From contig NW_024704743.1 of assembly GCF_018977255.1 (NCBI RefSeq), forward strand, positions 43,526,001-43,590,000: DNA of 64,000 nucleotides, written 5' to 3'. The position numbers and the translations under genes were made by a program. This stretch comes from Callorhinchus milii. Taxonomy: Eukaryota. Below the pieces are notes generated by a model. It saw only the letters and a list, made by a program, of their open reading frames with translations. It was not told the DNA's origin and did not search any database. Positions 1 through 12,564 of the stretch are shown here, piece after piece; position 1 is the stretch's first letter; every line of letters starts with the position of its first letter.

Positions 1-135
1 TGAAAAGGAAAAAAGGTTGGGATGATATGGGGAAGGAGCGGAGAGTGGGACAGATTGTGTAGCTCTTCCAAAGAGCCGGCAGAGGCACGATGGGCTGAAT
101 GGCCTATTTCTGTGCTGTAATATTCTATGACTCCA
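1..135 (+). mobile_element. CR1 LINE 3' end fragment
   Basis: gatgggctgaatggcct...tgtaatattctatga; same tail as the CR1 at 47907-48382 (reverse complement). Confidence 0.7.
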
Positions 136-1639
136 AACCAATAAAATCTGATTTTTCTTTGTAACAGTCACAAAAGGACTCCTAAAGAATAATCCCAAGA
201 GCAAGATTATTCAACTCAAGTCACAGATGTGGTAAAAAGAAACAGCTTTTATGGTTAAATAAAAGTTGGAACTAGGGATATAGCATTAGTGACAAAGATA
301 GTCTGTTTAGTTGAAAATGTCACATGGAGGATTTTTATCCTGGCCCAGACACAGAAATGTTATCATTGGAATCAAGCTTCTTCTCAGCTTACAGACAAAA
401 CCTGTGCGTCTGGCAACTCCCCCGAGTGAAAGGAGTGTTGTGATTGTAAATAGGTGACAATGGCGTTATCTAATCCTTGTCTGAAATGCTATGATCAATG
501 AACAGTTGGGTACCAGAGTTTGCTGCAGAATCAAGCATTCAATTCTCTTGTTCTATCGACTGAGGTGTTTTGGACTCAAAGTTTGATATCTGTTTGCCTC
601 TAGTCATGATTCTGTTTAATTACTACAGATAAATACTTTCAATCTGATCTGTTCGTCATATTCCCACACATAGGAATGAATGAGGGAAGAAAGAAGTTTC
701 CCTGACCATTTCACAAGTTTCAAGCTTAAAATTGCATTGTGGAAGATCCTCCTATAGCTCAGCTGTTAAGTGCACGATTCGGTGTGGTATTGAGCAATAG
801 TCCCTGGTTTGATCCCCAAGGTAGGCCTGTTGGATAATCTCAGCCAGAGTAATTCAGAAATAATTTTAATGTTAGGTTTGTCAACCTCTATGATTGGGGT
901 GAAAAATGCGACATGTGATGCGAGGCTCAAATTTATTGACAAATATCCTTTTGATTATTTGAAATGATTAAGAAATTTGGCAATTTGTTTCAAATTGGTT
1001 GCTTAAAGACTGTTTAGTAATCACAGATTTCCATGCCGTTCAGTGCAATTCCTACAATTATTATAAATATCTCTAAACAAATACTTTTGTGTACTTTACT
1101 CTTCTCCATACCAACCCCAACCAAAAAAAATTCCCACAGAGTTCAAATCGAAAAATAGATTTCCAAATTTGTGAAGCTTTCATTTTCAAACTTACTTGGC
1201 ACACTGCTTGGAAAGTGAACAACTTTTAACAGTGAGCAGGTGTTGCTCATTGGAGGTTGCAAACACTGGTAGCAAACAGGATGATTGGGCAGATAATGTA
1301 TAATCGTACACAGAGTCAGTCAAACAACTTTGCATTTAGCCAAGATATTGAGGGGAAGCCTCTGAAGTATTAGTCTTGTTACATTTCTATGTATGTTGCC
1401 ATCGGTTTTGCTTACAGGGGTCCAGATATCTTAGGTCCAACTCCAAGTCTTTCAAACTGAATTTGTGAGGCTTAGCAGGTCTGATGCATGGAAAACAAAG
1501 TGTCATCAATTTCTGCACAATTAAATTATTGGCTCACTGATAATACCCTGTAGATCCTGGAAATAAACTGAGCATTTTCACATGCCCTATTCATGTTTGA
1601 TAGAAACACAGCGACAGTCTATTTCCACTGATGAGCAAA

Positions 1640-1990
1640 TCAATAACAAAACAACAGCAACAATTTGACAATTTGCATTTATATAGCAAAGAAACAGGAG
1701 TATAGCAACAGTGCAGAGCTCGGCACTGAGCCAGGGAGAGGGGTGAGGTGACCATAGATATTATAAATATAAAAAAGAAAGGTATTCAATTGTGATCTGA
1801 AGATGGGGAACGAGGAGGCGAGGTGGAGTGTGGAGAGATTGAGTGAGAGAGTTCCAGAGTTTCGGCATGTAGTGAAAGCACAGGCGCTGATAGTGGATCA
1901 GAGGGGACGGGAGGAAGCCAGCCAAGCAGAGGAGTAATGAAGTGGGGGGTAAGCAAATTAGAGAAGTAGGGAAGTGCTAGGGCATGAAGC
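1640..1990 (-). mobile_element. Decayed L2 3' fragment
   Basis: (AAC)-rich tail, tgcatttatatagc and gagttccagagtttcgg motifs shared with other L2 copies here. Confidence 0.6.
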
Positions 1991-2621
1991 AATTTGTAAG
2001 CACATCAAATTTGTAAGCAAGACGGCACAAATTGAGCATTACCACCAGAAGAAAGAACCAGAATGTTAGAAGATTTTTTGCAGTGAGAATGCTTCAACAA
2101 AGATCATTGTTTCAGACAAGTTCACAACAACATTTAAAAGGCAATCGATTAAACACTTAAATAACCTTAAAGGATGTGAGGAAAGAGAAGCTGAAATGGG
2201 AGTGGATAGCCCCAGTTGATGAGTTAATACTGGCACAGAAATGATGTGCTGATGGCCCTCTTATGCACTATAACTATCCTCTTTGACTCCCTAAACGGGG
2301 GGAGAAGGGGGAGAGATAAGCTGGGTCTCCTTTGAGCTGAACTGGTTCCAAGGTGATGTGCTTGGCAATAGAATACAGGAGCTAGCTAACTCTCTGTGGT
2401 GGTTTCAGTAGTCAAGTTCCTGAGCCAGGTGGGTCTACAGTATTCCAGGCAACTGCTACGATACCTTAGCCAGACTAGCTTATCAGTAGGAATTAGAGAA
2501 GCAGACCACCCAGCTCTTGTTAACCTTCTACATCAAAGCCCTGAAGGCCGGCCAGTGCTCTAATGGCAGGCTATTCAGTTTAACCTGGTTACATTTCAGG
2601 TAAAACTGAATAGTCTGCCAT

Positions 2622-2810
2622 TGAGTGTGTGTCTTTCTGGTGAGTGTGTCTCTCTGGGTCTCTGAGTATGTGTGTCTCTCTGGGTCTCTGAGTATGTGTG
2701 TCTCTCTGGGTCTCTGAGTGTGTGTCTCTCTCTATGTCTGTGAGTGTGTGTGTGTCTCTCTCTGGGTCTCTTGAGTGCTTGTGTCGCTCTCTGGGTCTCT
2801 GTGTCTGTGA
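2622..2810. repeat. Minisatellite of ~26-bp units built from GT/CT dinucleotides
   Basis: Tandem GTGTGTCTCTCTGGGTCTCTGAGTAT units with degenerate copies; explains ORFs 2589..2906 and 2596..2913. Confidence 0.9.
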
Positions 2811-3124
2811 GCGGTGCTGGCCCTGACAGGCAGGAGATGGTGAGCTCCTGTATTCTTGCTGGTGTGTATCCCCGCAAAAAAAAATGTCCACCCAGTTTTT
2901 GTTCAAGAAGCAATTAATTTTTTTTGCAACAATCTAATATGTGTTATTTCCTTAAGTTTAGTTTTTATCAATAAAGTGAAAAATGTAGCAGTACAATGTA
3001 TCTCAATAGCACCAATCGACCCCTGCAATTTCCCCACAAAATTTAGCAAAGACCTCCACAATTCCCTGCAAGATTTGCTAAGCACTCCGCAATTTTTGCA
3101 AATATGTCTGCACTTTTCTATTGG

Positions 3125-3222
3125 CCCAGCTTATGAGCAATGGTTGGACAAGCTAGGGCTTTTCAGTCTTAAAAGGAGATATCTCAGAGGGGGCCTTATG
3201 GTGGTATACAAGATTTTATGTA
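3125..3222 (+). mobile_element. CR1 ORF2 C-terminal fragment
   Basis: YEQWLDKLGLFSLKRRYLRGGLMVVYKIL resembles the CR1 motif YEERLxxLGLFSLExRRLRGDLIxVYKI. Confidence 0.7.
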
Positions 3223-3449
3223 ATAATAATTATTGCATCGGCCATCACAAGTTTTATCTCTTTGTTTGATATATTCTCATTTTCATAGACTTCTCATTGT
3301 TAAAAGCTGAAAATGTTGTCTCTTGGTAATCTTTCCAGAATCAATTGCACGATCACTGTATGCGAAGATAATTGATAACATTTTAGAAGAAATAGCCATC
3401 CTCTTGTCAAAATTATAATAAACGCAATTATGATATATATAATGTTAAT

Positions 3450-5017
3450 TCTAATACTTGCTTTATTAACAAACTATTTTCTATTTCAACAATTCTTTTT
3501 ACATTACCTTTGACGTTTTTTGTCCTGAGCTATTAGTTCCATATTCTGGTATTGATCTTGGTGATCACTAATAAAACATACAGGGTTTGGAAAGCTTTTA
3601 TTGAAATTACATGGAAAATTCATTTCCTCATCACAATTTAGACTTGGCTAAACTACTAATAGTCTGCATTAATCCCGCGGACTTTAACGGTTAAAATGTA
3701 CAAAATGTTTCCCTAATTTTATTGTGCTGTGAACATTTATAGTGTAGGTCTATAAAGGCAGGAATGGGACATTATGGGAGAAAGTTAAAGCCAACACGAC
3801 AAATCAATTAGCAAAGGTTTTTCTTTGAAAAATACCCTACAAGGCTGCAGTGTAAACTCAATGCCCAGACAAACACTAAACAAATAAATGGCAGCCATAG
3901 TAACAACACAGATCTTTTTTTTAGGAATTATCCTAGAGGACATTAAAAGCTTCATTGTTACGCACAAGGAAGATCTAGAAATGGCATTGTAGTGCTGGAA
4001 CTCATCCAACCATTTGTAGTTTGTAGTACAACAGAGGATGTAAACATGATATAAAATACGACTGAAAAGTCAACATGGGGGCAAAAAGAAAACTTTCATT
4101 GTGTTTCATGCAGTGCAACAGCTTGGGGAAACATGAATTCAGTTGTGCTGTGGTAAACCTTAAAAAGTAAAACAGTTAAAATTGATAAAGTTATCATGAA
4201 AAATTACATTTAAGGATGCTACGTTATAAAATGCATAATTGAGCTGCACGTGAAGGTGTGTGGTTATTGTAGTTTCAGTACATCTTAATTCAGTTTAATA
4301 CCTGGTTTTATCTCAAGTTAGAAAGAAACACAGAAGAGTGAGCTTCGTAAAAGCCGTCACATAGCCTCCCGAACACACAATTCGCTGAGATGCTCAAAAG
4401 CCAAGCTTGTGTCATCTGCAATTTCGTTCCTTCTAATATTTGCAAATAATATTTGACAAACTATTACAATAGAGATACACAGCGCTAAAGCAACAGGTTC
4501 ACAAGACACCGTTTACAACCCTATAGTTGGGTAGATACACCGAGGCAGACTGCGCAACTGTGATGACAGGTAATGAAGACAATAGTCACAGTGTCCCATT
4601 GTGTGTGTGTGTGTTTTCATTGTACAGGAAGAGATTAATGTACATAGACTTTAGGTTAATGCCCTTACGCACATTTACAGACTATTCACAAAACATGAAA
4701 ACATTACATGAAAATACTGCGTAGAAAGGCTGATTTTATGGATATCTTGCAGCCCCTGTACATTTCTACAACACACAAAACAAAACTACTCAGATAATGA
4801 TTGTAATAATTTCCTTAAGGGAGGATTGCTTTAGTTCTTCTTACTGGACAAAGGAGCAGCCGTTCAAAGTTCAGTCTATATTACAGCAGAAGCAGTCTTA
4901 GTTTCTTCGAACACCGTCTGTTTCCATGATTATCACTGCATAGTTCCCTGTTTGAATTATTGCAGTACTTTATTATTATTTTCAGTTTGGTCATGTTCAT
5001 TCCTGCACAGAGGCAGT
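3450..5017 (-). other. Probable 3' UTR of the ZNF385D-like gene (end uncertain)
   Basis: AT-rich, apparently repeat-free stretch after the stop. Minus-strand AATAAA at 4969-4974, 3718-3723, 3597-3602 and 3462-3467; which one is used cannot be determined. Confidence 0.5.
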
Positions 5018-5254
5018 TCAGTAAGGAGCGAATAGGACTGGGGTGTGTGTTGCTCGTATAGGTCCAGGTGCTGGTCGGAGGAGGGCTGGAGGGAGGCCTG
5101 CTGTTTGGAAAAAGGTGGCTGCCGGGCTAGGGCGCAAAGTGAACTGTGAATTTGCAGCCACGGCGGCAGCAGCAGCAGCAGCAGCAGCCAGAGGGTTGGG
5201 TAAAATCCGAGCTGTCAGTGGCTTCGCAAATTCCTTCTGAAATGCCAGTTTTAC
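5018..5254 (-). CDS. ZNF385D: ZNF385D-like terminal coding exon with polyalanine tract and stop codon
   Basis: Encodes VKLAFQKEFAKPLTARILPNPLAAAAAAAAAVAA...LLRPAPGPIRATHTPVLFAPY*, the typical ZNF385 C-terminus. Acceptor ttttttgcag|GTA; TGA at 5018-5020. Confidence 0.95.
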   Translation of the reverse strand, partial: VKLAFQKEFAKPLTARILPNPLAAAAAAAAAVAANSQFTLRPSPAATFFQTAGLPPALLRPAPGPIRATHTPVLFAPY

Positions 5255-6416
5255 CTGCAAAAAAAGCACAATGAAGCAAATTTGTCCGTACAATTCAAGG
5301 GTTTCCCTACAATATTCATTACCGGCATCACAAGAGAATTGTCAGCACAGAGATGTGCTGTTATATATTTTGCATGATTTGTGTCATTTTAAATTCTTGG
5401 GTCATCCTCCCGACGTGAAAAGTGTTATATCAATGTAAATTGTATCGTATGTCATTTTAAAAAAGATTTGTATTTTGCACAATATACACAAACAAATCAA
5501 TCATCATTCAATCCTCCAGAAGTTATCCCTAACCTGTTCAGTTCTCTGGTCAGGCTACACTAGGGGCACTGTGTATAATTTTGTTCAATAATAAAAAGAA
5601 TACTTTACATTTGATATAGCAACTTTCATGTTGGGAGGACATCTTAAAATGCTCATTCTTTCTCAGGTCTCATTCTTTCATCTGCATGTTCAGATAGACA
5701 CTGAAGATCCCAGGGCAATATTTGAAAAGAGAACGGAGTTTCTCACTATGTCATGGCAACCAATTCCCCAGATAATTTGGTCAATCACATTGGGGATATT
5801 TGTGGATATTGCTGGGCACACATTGGCTGCCACATTCACCCAAAATATATATAGTAACTACATTTTACAGTATATCCTGTAGAGCTCTTTGATATGCCCT
5901 CTTGATCTGAAAGGTACAATATCAAATGTAAGGATTATTTATTATTTAACAACTTTGACCATACCAGTCTTATCAGGTGCACCTGCCTGTACAAATTCTC
6001 ACTCCACGTTTACATTTCCTAATGGCAGATTTTTTAAAAGAAGGATGACTGATATCCAAAACAAATAAAACAAATTGTGCAATTATTTGTGTGATGTTAA
6101 ATAATGTAGCATGTATCACACCTGCTACACACTGCTGCATAATCCAGTAATAATGTGATGAACAATTTATAAACTTCACAGCTTTTATCAAAACATAATT
6201 ACACTACAATAATCAAATCAACCCTTTGAAGGGATTTATTACATGACCTGTGACTTCAGAGCTGTTTATTCATGCACACTCCTTAGCAAAGAGGTTAAGA
6301 TATGTTTAATCCTTAGACTGTCAGGAGGTCTGGGAAAACTCTACAGAAACTCCTGTCTCCAGGGGCCTGTACATTTTCAGTTTGTGTGTTAACATGCTTA
6401 AGCAATGGTAACAGCT

Positions 6417-6801
6417 GGGTCCTGTAGCTCAGTGGTTAGAGTGCTTGCCTCACAAGCAAGAGGTCTGGGTTTGATTCCCAACAGGGCGAAATGTTGGGCA
6501 AGTTTCCTTACTCCACACGTCTCTGTTTACCTAGCAGGAAGTAGGAACTCAATTGTTAGTCGACTGACAGATCACTTTTCTGGGGGTAATAATTCCTTTA
6601 AAAAACGTAATAATAATAAATTGGTAACTTCAATCCACGACTGTTTTTGTAGGACACTATTGTGCGCAATTTGCTGCCTCGTTTCGCCCACAAAATATAC
6701 AGTCAAATTCACTTTACAATCTATTCTGTGAAGCGCTTTGAGACATCTCGAAGACGTGATCAAGGGCTATATCAAATGCAAGGATTATTATTATTATTAT
6801 T
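6417..6801 (+). mobile_element. tRNA-derived SINE, long form
   Basis: A box TAGCTCAGTGG, B-box-like GGTTTGATTCC, body shared with other copies, L2-like tail ending in (ATT)n. Confidence 0.9.
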
Positions 6802-7846
6802 AATAATATTACAGCAATGAAGCTTTATAAAGGACCAAAAAAAGCACAATTACTATATTAACTTGAACCCACTCAAATATAAAAGAACATCATTTTAACC
6901 TAAAATAAAATTTGAAAAATTTATATTTTCTTTTACTTTATTCCTGGTCTGTCTCTTTGTCCTCTGTAAGCTTTTTTTTCTTCTTACACTACTTCTTTCT
7001 ACCTTCTCTAGCCTTACCTATGACCAGGATACACTGAATGGAAAGCTAAAAAAGATTGATGATTGACAGGTATGAATCCCAAATGCAACTTTATCAATCT
7101 GTAGCATGACTTTAGGAAGTGGAGACCACGAATGAAGATACTGGTTGACTCAACAGTGAACTCATCCATGGCTCGTCAAGGGATAAATGGCTTGTATACA
7201 CTTCACTTCTTGTTGTGCTTTCTAGAATCCCAGAACAAAATACATTGCATTAATCAATTGGTTACATAAAGCCCCCGTTGGAATTATCAAAAGGCTGTTT
7301 ACAATGACAACCAATGTGCAAGCATGCAACATTTTACAACAGAATTACATTGAAACAGAGATGCCATTATGATCACTTGAGAACAGCAGGGTTTTTCCTT
7401 CACCGAAAAGCAGTTGATGCTCAAATTTAGTGCCGAATATTCATGAAAATAGTTTGTTCCATTATCTTCCTATGATATGTTTCACCGTTCTATAATTATT
7501 ATGTTTTCTCTTCCCCAACTCTCCCTCTAGCCTTCCTCCCCTTAAGATAATGACTCATGCTGTGCTCTGTTTCACAGGTTAGCAGCAGGTACCTCTCCCG
7601 TGCGAGGAGTCTTCCTGTTCTGGCATCCAGTCCCTGATAACTGTACTCATTCCTGTCTTCACACAGTCTCCACACACATACTCTTCCAGCAATGTTTCCT
7701 TGATAGTGATCAGGTGCAGGGACTCGGACTGATTTTGCCTTCTAGAGCCCAGCAGGACTGAGGGCAAATAACTGTTTGATTCACCACTATCCTAGCTAAG
7801 ATCAAGTAACTCAAGAGAGATCATTGATTTCCTGTAGAGTCCTGTG

Positions 7847-8193
7847 AAGTCCCGTAGCTCATGGTTAGAGCACTCACCTCGCAAGCGAGAGACCTGGGTC
7901 CGATTCCTGACAGGGTAAAATGTTGAGCAAGTTTCCTTACTCCATCCGCCTCTGTTTACCTAGCAGTAAGTAGGAACCCTGTTTGTTAGTTGATTGGCAG
8001 ATTGCTTTTTCTATTAAATATAATAATAATAAATTGGTCACTTCAATCCATGACTCTTTGTGGGACACTGCTGTGTGTAATTGGCTGCCGTGTTTTGCCT
8101 ACAAAATATACAGTCAATTTACTTTACAGTATATTGTGTGAAGCGCTTTGAGATGTTTTGAAGACGTGATAAGGCACTATATTAAATGCAAGA
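7847..8193 (+). mobile_element. tRNA-derived SINE, long form
   Basis: Collinear with 6417-6801. Confidence 0.88.
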
Positions 8194-9403
8194 ATGAACA
8201 TGGGAGTTTACAAGTGTATGGTACAGTGTCACATTACATATTTAGCCACTGAGCTTTCAGGGATTACTTGCTTAATTCCAACAACAGTTCATGTTTGGAA
8301 GTAATAAAGGCAATGCTGCTGAACTAAAAAATGTTCTCAACCACAGGGTTTGGACAAAAGAGGATTGGGGAACTTTTGATGATTTTTTAAATTGAAGGAG
8401 GTCAATATTTATGTATTTTGTTGCTATAAAATATAGTGAGTCACATACAAATAAAGCAAACAGAAAAAAAAGTCTTCTGTGTTGAAGAAAAGTCATAATA
8501 TTATAATCAATAGAGGCCACATCCAGGCAATACTCAATTGGAATATTCACAACATTGCCTGGCTCTTACAGAGGCGACCCAAATGTCTACAGCCACGACC
8601 TTGAAGGATAAAGATTGTCCAATAGATAGGTAGAGATTCAAGTTAACTATTTCTGTTAGCTGTTAATCATGCTGCCCTTCACTCTTAAATGTATCTTGTC
8701 AAATTTTCTATCTCAAACTGCTCCCAGTCTAAGGCGGTTGAGTCTATTGCTTTGCAGATGCATTGAATAGAGTTTTGTAACATCAAAAGGGCAAGAGAGG
8801 TCATCCTGCTTTCATTATGTCAAACTATTGGTGAACTTGACTAACTTCACTGAACAATTGCTGCTGTGTTCAAGCCCATATATTGAAAGCAGCCATATCA
8901 GCAAAGGAAATAATACAATACTTTGGTAAATTTCCAATGTAGGAATAGAAAAGGCAGTCAGCGGAGGAGTTGGGCAGAGTGTAAACCCATTTTCATCACT
9001 TTGCTGAAAAAAAGCCTGCTATTACCATTGTGTCATCATCATTATTGGGTCAATATTGTAACATTTCTTAAAGAACTTCTTAATTATGATCTACTATTGG
9101 AGTAGGGTTCCCTTGAGTTGGAATGCCATTTGGAGCTATTTCCAGTTGAACGGAAGGAATTTGCCCTTGGATTTCTTAATCCTGGAATCATGTTTAAATT
9201 AAGAAATCCTGCAAATTTGACCCCTGTACTGTTTTCTCAGCAGCTATGCAAAATCATCTTGCATTAGATTTTTGCCAGCTATTACAACATGAACATATGC
9301 ATCTCTCTGTCAGCCTGGAGCAGGCACTGAATATGCAACATACCTTTCCCATTATGAGTTTTGGTATAAGTGCCTGAGCTGTGTTGATCATGCATGCGCT
9401 TAC

Positions 9404-9505
9404 CGCAAGTGCATTGGTACCCCGTTGGAGTTTGTTGTACGGGCTGTATTTAGGTTTAGGAGGTTTTCCTGCAGCTCGGTCCTTGTGTCTTCGACTGCTT
9501 ATGTG
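9404..9505 (-). CDS. ZNF385D: ZNF385D-like coding exon (102 bp), end of finger 3
   Basis: Encodes HISSRRHKDRAAGKPPKPKYSPYNKLQRGTNALA. Acceptor caacacag|CAC, donor GCG|gtaagc; phase 0-0. A 127-bp intron separates it from the previous exon. Confidence 0.95.
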
Positions 9506-9632
9506 CTGTGTTGAAATAAACAGATCAAGAAACTTAATACAGATAAAATTCGCATTGGTCTGATAAGTGCACAGCAACAGTAGAGCCTTTCAGAGGCCAT
9601 TTCGAAGGATAATCCATTGTCTTAGAACTAAC

Positions 9633-9814
9633 CTGTTTTAGTTGTGTTTCAGAATTGACATGCACATCACAGATTTCACAGTGAAATGTCTTATTCTGCA
9701 GACCAGTAGTAATTCCCTTGTTAGTGGATACTTTGCCTTTAACGCCCGGTCTGGGGAATGCTTTAATGGGGCCCCCACCATTTTGAGCTTCCAGCATTGT
9801 TTTGTGCTTAGATC
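9633..9814 (-). CDS. ZNF385D: ZNF385D-like coding exon (182 bp), end of finger 2 and start of finger 3
   Basis: Lies in ORF 9534..9884: GSKHKTMLEAQNGGGPIKAFPRPG...FHCEICDVHVNSETQLKQ. Acceptor ttctacag|GA, donor CAG|gttagt; phase 1 to phase 0. Confidence 0.95.
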
Positions 9815-10924
9815 CTGTAGAAAAAGCATGGAACACATTACAAAATTGGAACCTAGCTGCAAGCATTGAAACAGAGCAATGCAAAGAGCCCTTACAGAGT
9901 ACTGAATCCTCTGATTTGCTTTGGGGGTTATATAAATTTGTTATGCCAACTACACAAACAGAAATTTACAACCTTCTTTCAGCTGTTAAACATACAATAT
10001 TTTGGTAACCCTACAAATTGAAGAACCAACCCAACACCAAAGTTCAACTGCTTTTCCTGTGCCACATCTCAATTGAGTTTTTCATCTCAATTGTAGTGCT
10101 GTTCCACAAATGCAAAACTATAACTAAAAGCATGAAATATACAATACATTGATAGATAGCCAGCTACTTTACAACAAGACAGCCCCAACCACTCAGATAG
10201 AGAACGCAAATGAGACATGCTGGCATATCATCCTGTCTCTTATGTCTGCTAGTCTTTTGTTCCAATGCAATGATTAACGGAGAGGTCACCTGCGACACTT
10301 CACAATCAAGAGAATGTCATGTGGTACATGAAAATCTTAAGGGATGCAGAAAATAATATGTACATAGGATAGAGGTGGGGGAAAGGAAGAGGAAACCTGT
10401 TCATTATTTGAATTGAGAAGCACCTGAGGCTAAACCACCAGCAAAACCAATGGATGAAAAGGAAGAAAGGCACCAAATAGAAATGAGTTTGGATAGTCTA
10501 AATTCAGTTACTAGGTGGCAAGGGGGCATCTCATTATCAGCTGTCCTAATTGAAGGTTTCACATCATGATAGGGCGTTATATCAAGTGCGATTTATTATG
10601 TAAATTGAGAAAAGCATTTGCCTGACATGACAGCGAAAAAGTCCTCAGGTTTGTTGCTTAAGAATTCCTTGCTCAAAGACATGTCTCTGACTAGCTGTAG
10701 CCTAATTTCTATAAAAAGGTCACACATATGTTGGTGAAGTTCTTAGGTAAAGATACAATGGGGAAAATATTACAGTGGAGAAATCAGTGGTCTGAGATGC
10801 TATGCTGAATAAAGAGTACTATATAAATGCAAATTGTTGGTTTTCTTAAAGGGATTCTTTTACAGGCATTCCTATTGATGGAAATTCTGCTCCAGAGGTA
10901 GATCACCTGCAAACTGCATGTTAA

Positions 10925-11360
10925 AGCAATAACAATAACAGCAACTGGCATTTATATAGAGTTCTTCTTGCAGAATGGCCTCTTAGAGCGCTGTACAGTG
11001 GCAGGGTTGGATGTTGAGCAAAGGGAAAGGGAGAGGTGGCCAGAGGTAAGTCTTAAGGAAGGATTTAAAGATAGATAATTGTGGTGAAATGCAGGGATTG
11101 AGGCACGGAGTTCCAGGGGTATAGTGGCTAAAGGCAATGATGGCACAGAAGGGTCGTTGGCCTAAGTGAAGAGGCTGGGCAGAGGAGTGGGGTACGAGCA
11201 AGTCAGAGAAGTTGGGAGGTGCTAGGAAACAAAGGGATTTGTATGTGAATAGGAGGATCTTGAAGTGTATCCATTTGGAGCTGGGGAATCAGTGGAGCCT
11301 GGAGAGGATTGGAGTGATGGGCATGTGGCGTGTGGTCTGGGTGAAGATACGGGCATCCGT
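10925..11360 (-). mobile_element. L2 3' fragment
   Basis: Reverse-complement similarity to the L2 3' region (HDPITPIL/HWxP/FKIL-like) with (AAC)-rich tail. Confidence 0.7.
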
Positions 11361-11364
11361 GCCA

Positions 11365-12048
11365 TGACCTGCTCTGCCTTCCCCCACCTCCACAACATTG
11401 CCCGACTCTGCCACTGTCTCACACCGCAGGCTGCCAAAACCCTCATACACGAATTCATAACATCCAGGCTTGACTATGCAAATTCCCTGCTTGTCGGCCT
11501 CCCCAACTCCTCCCTCCATAGGCTGCAGATCATCAACTCTGCAGCCGGTTTCCTCTTCCGCACCAGGCTCCATGACCCTATCACCCCCATCCTCGACTCC
11601 ATTGGCTTCCCATTACACAGAGGTTACAGTTCAAGATCCTGGTCCTCAGCTTCAGAGCCCTCCATGGCCTTGCTCCCCCCCTACCTCTGCAACCTCCTAA
11701 CTCCCTACCAACCTGCCTGTTCCCTCCGCTCAACGGGCTCTGGTCTGCTTCAAGTCTCCCGCCTTGCTCGCCCCACCATTGGTGGGCAGGCCTTCCCCCA
11801 CTCTGCTCCCACCCTCTGGAACTGCATACCACAGTCCCTATGCCTTGTCCCTTCCCTTGCCTCCATCAAGACCCGCCTCAAGACCCTCCTCTTCGTCCGT
11901 GCCTTTGATCACCCTCCTTGTCCCCTGCCTTCCACCCTCCCTGATCCCAACCCCAAGCTCGGGTCCAAAATGCTGATTGTCCCACACCTTGTGACGTCCT
12001 TCCTCCTGACATGAAAGGCGCTATACAAATGTAATTTTGTTGTTGTTT
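11365..12048 (+). mobile_element. 5'-truncated L2 (ORF2 C-terminus plus 3' tail)
   Basis: HLHNIARL...FITSRLDYANSLLVGLP...IGGQAF...PTLWN; ends gacatgaaaggcgctatacaaatg(TTG)n. Confidence 0.9.
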
Positions 12049-12169
12049 TGGGGAACAAATAAAACAAATTACTTTTTGATTCTTAGAAAAGAAGCACTTA
12101 CATCATACAATATATTTTATAATCAAACAAAGAAAACAAAACATTAGACTGTGTGTCTGACTGTCCTAG

Positions 12170-12420
12170 AACCACAGAACCATATAAATTTATAGCATAG
12201 AAGAAGGCCATTCGGTCCATGTGTCTCTGCTGGCTCTTTTAGTACCAATCCTTGCAGTTCCCTTTACCTGCCATTTCTCTTAAGCCTGTATCTTACTCAT
12301 TTTTAAGGTACTTATCTAGTCCCCTTTTGAAGGCTAATATGATCTTAAACTCAACCACTGCTCACAGCAGGCCATTCCATATTTCTAACTGCTCTGAAAA
12401 AAATCCCATTTGCTCATTTG
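12170..12420 (-). mobile_element. CR1 3' fragment
   Basis: agaaggccattcggtccat etc., homologous to the CR1 at 47907-48382. Confidence 0.65.
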
Positions 12421-12564
12421 CTAGCTATCTAAAACTGATGACAATGTGATAAGGCACTACATAAAATGCAATTATTTGTTATTAAATCTCTCTGCTTCTT
12501 ATTGCGTTTCTTTTTCCTCTGGCTGGTTATCTGGTCTTAATGGCTGTCTTTCTCACTTTCTGTG

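Noticed and set aside
2589..2913. Repetitive ORFs and a CRISPR-like periodic array
   Set aside because: A simple GT/CT minisatellite without unique spacers, in a vertebrate context.
4111..4118. TTGCACTG (miR-130/148-type seed match) in the putative 3' UTR
   Set aside because: A single short match is expected by chance; it needs conservation data that cannot be assessed here.
5249..5260. CAG|GTAAAA at the last-exon acceptor as a recursive site
   Set aside because: Explained by the Val-Lys codons; weak donor, and no downstream exon was found.
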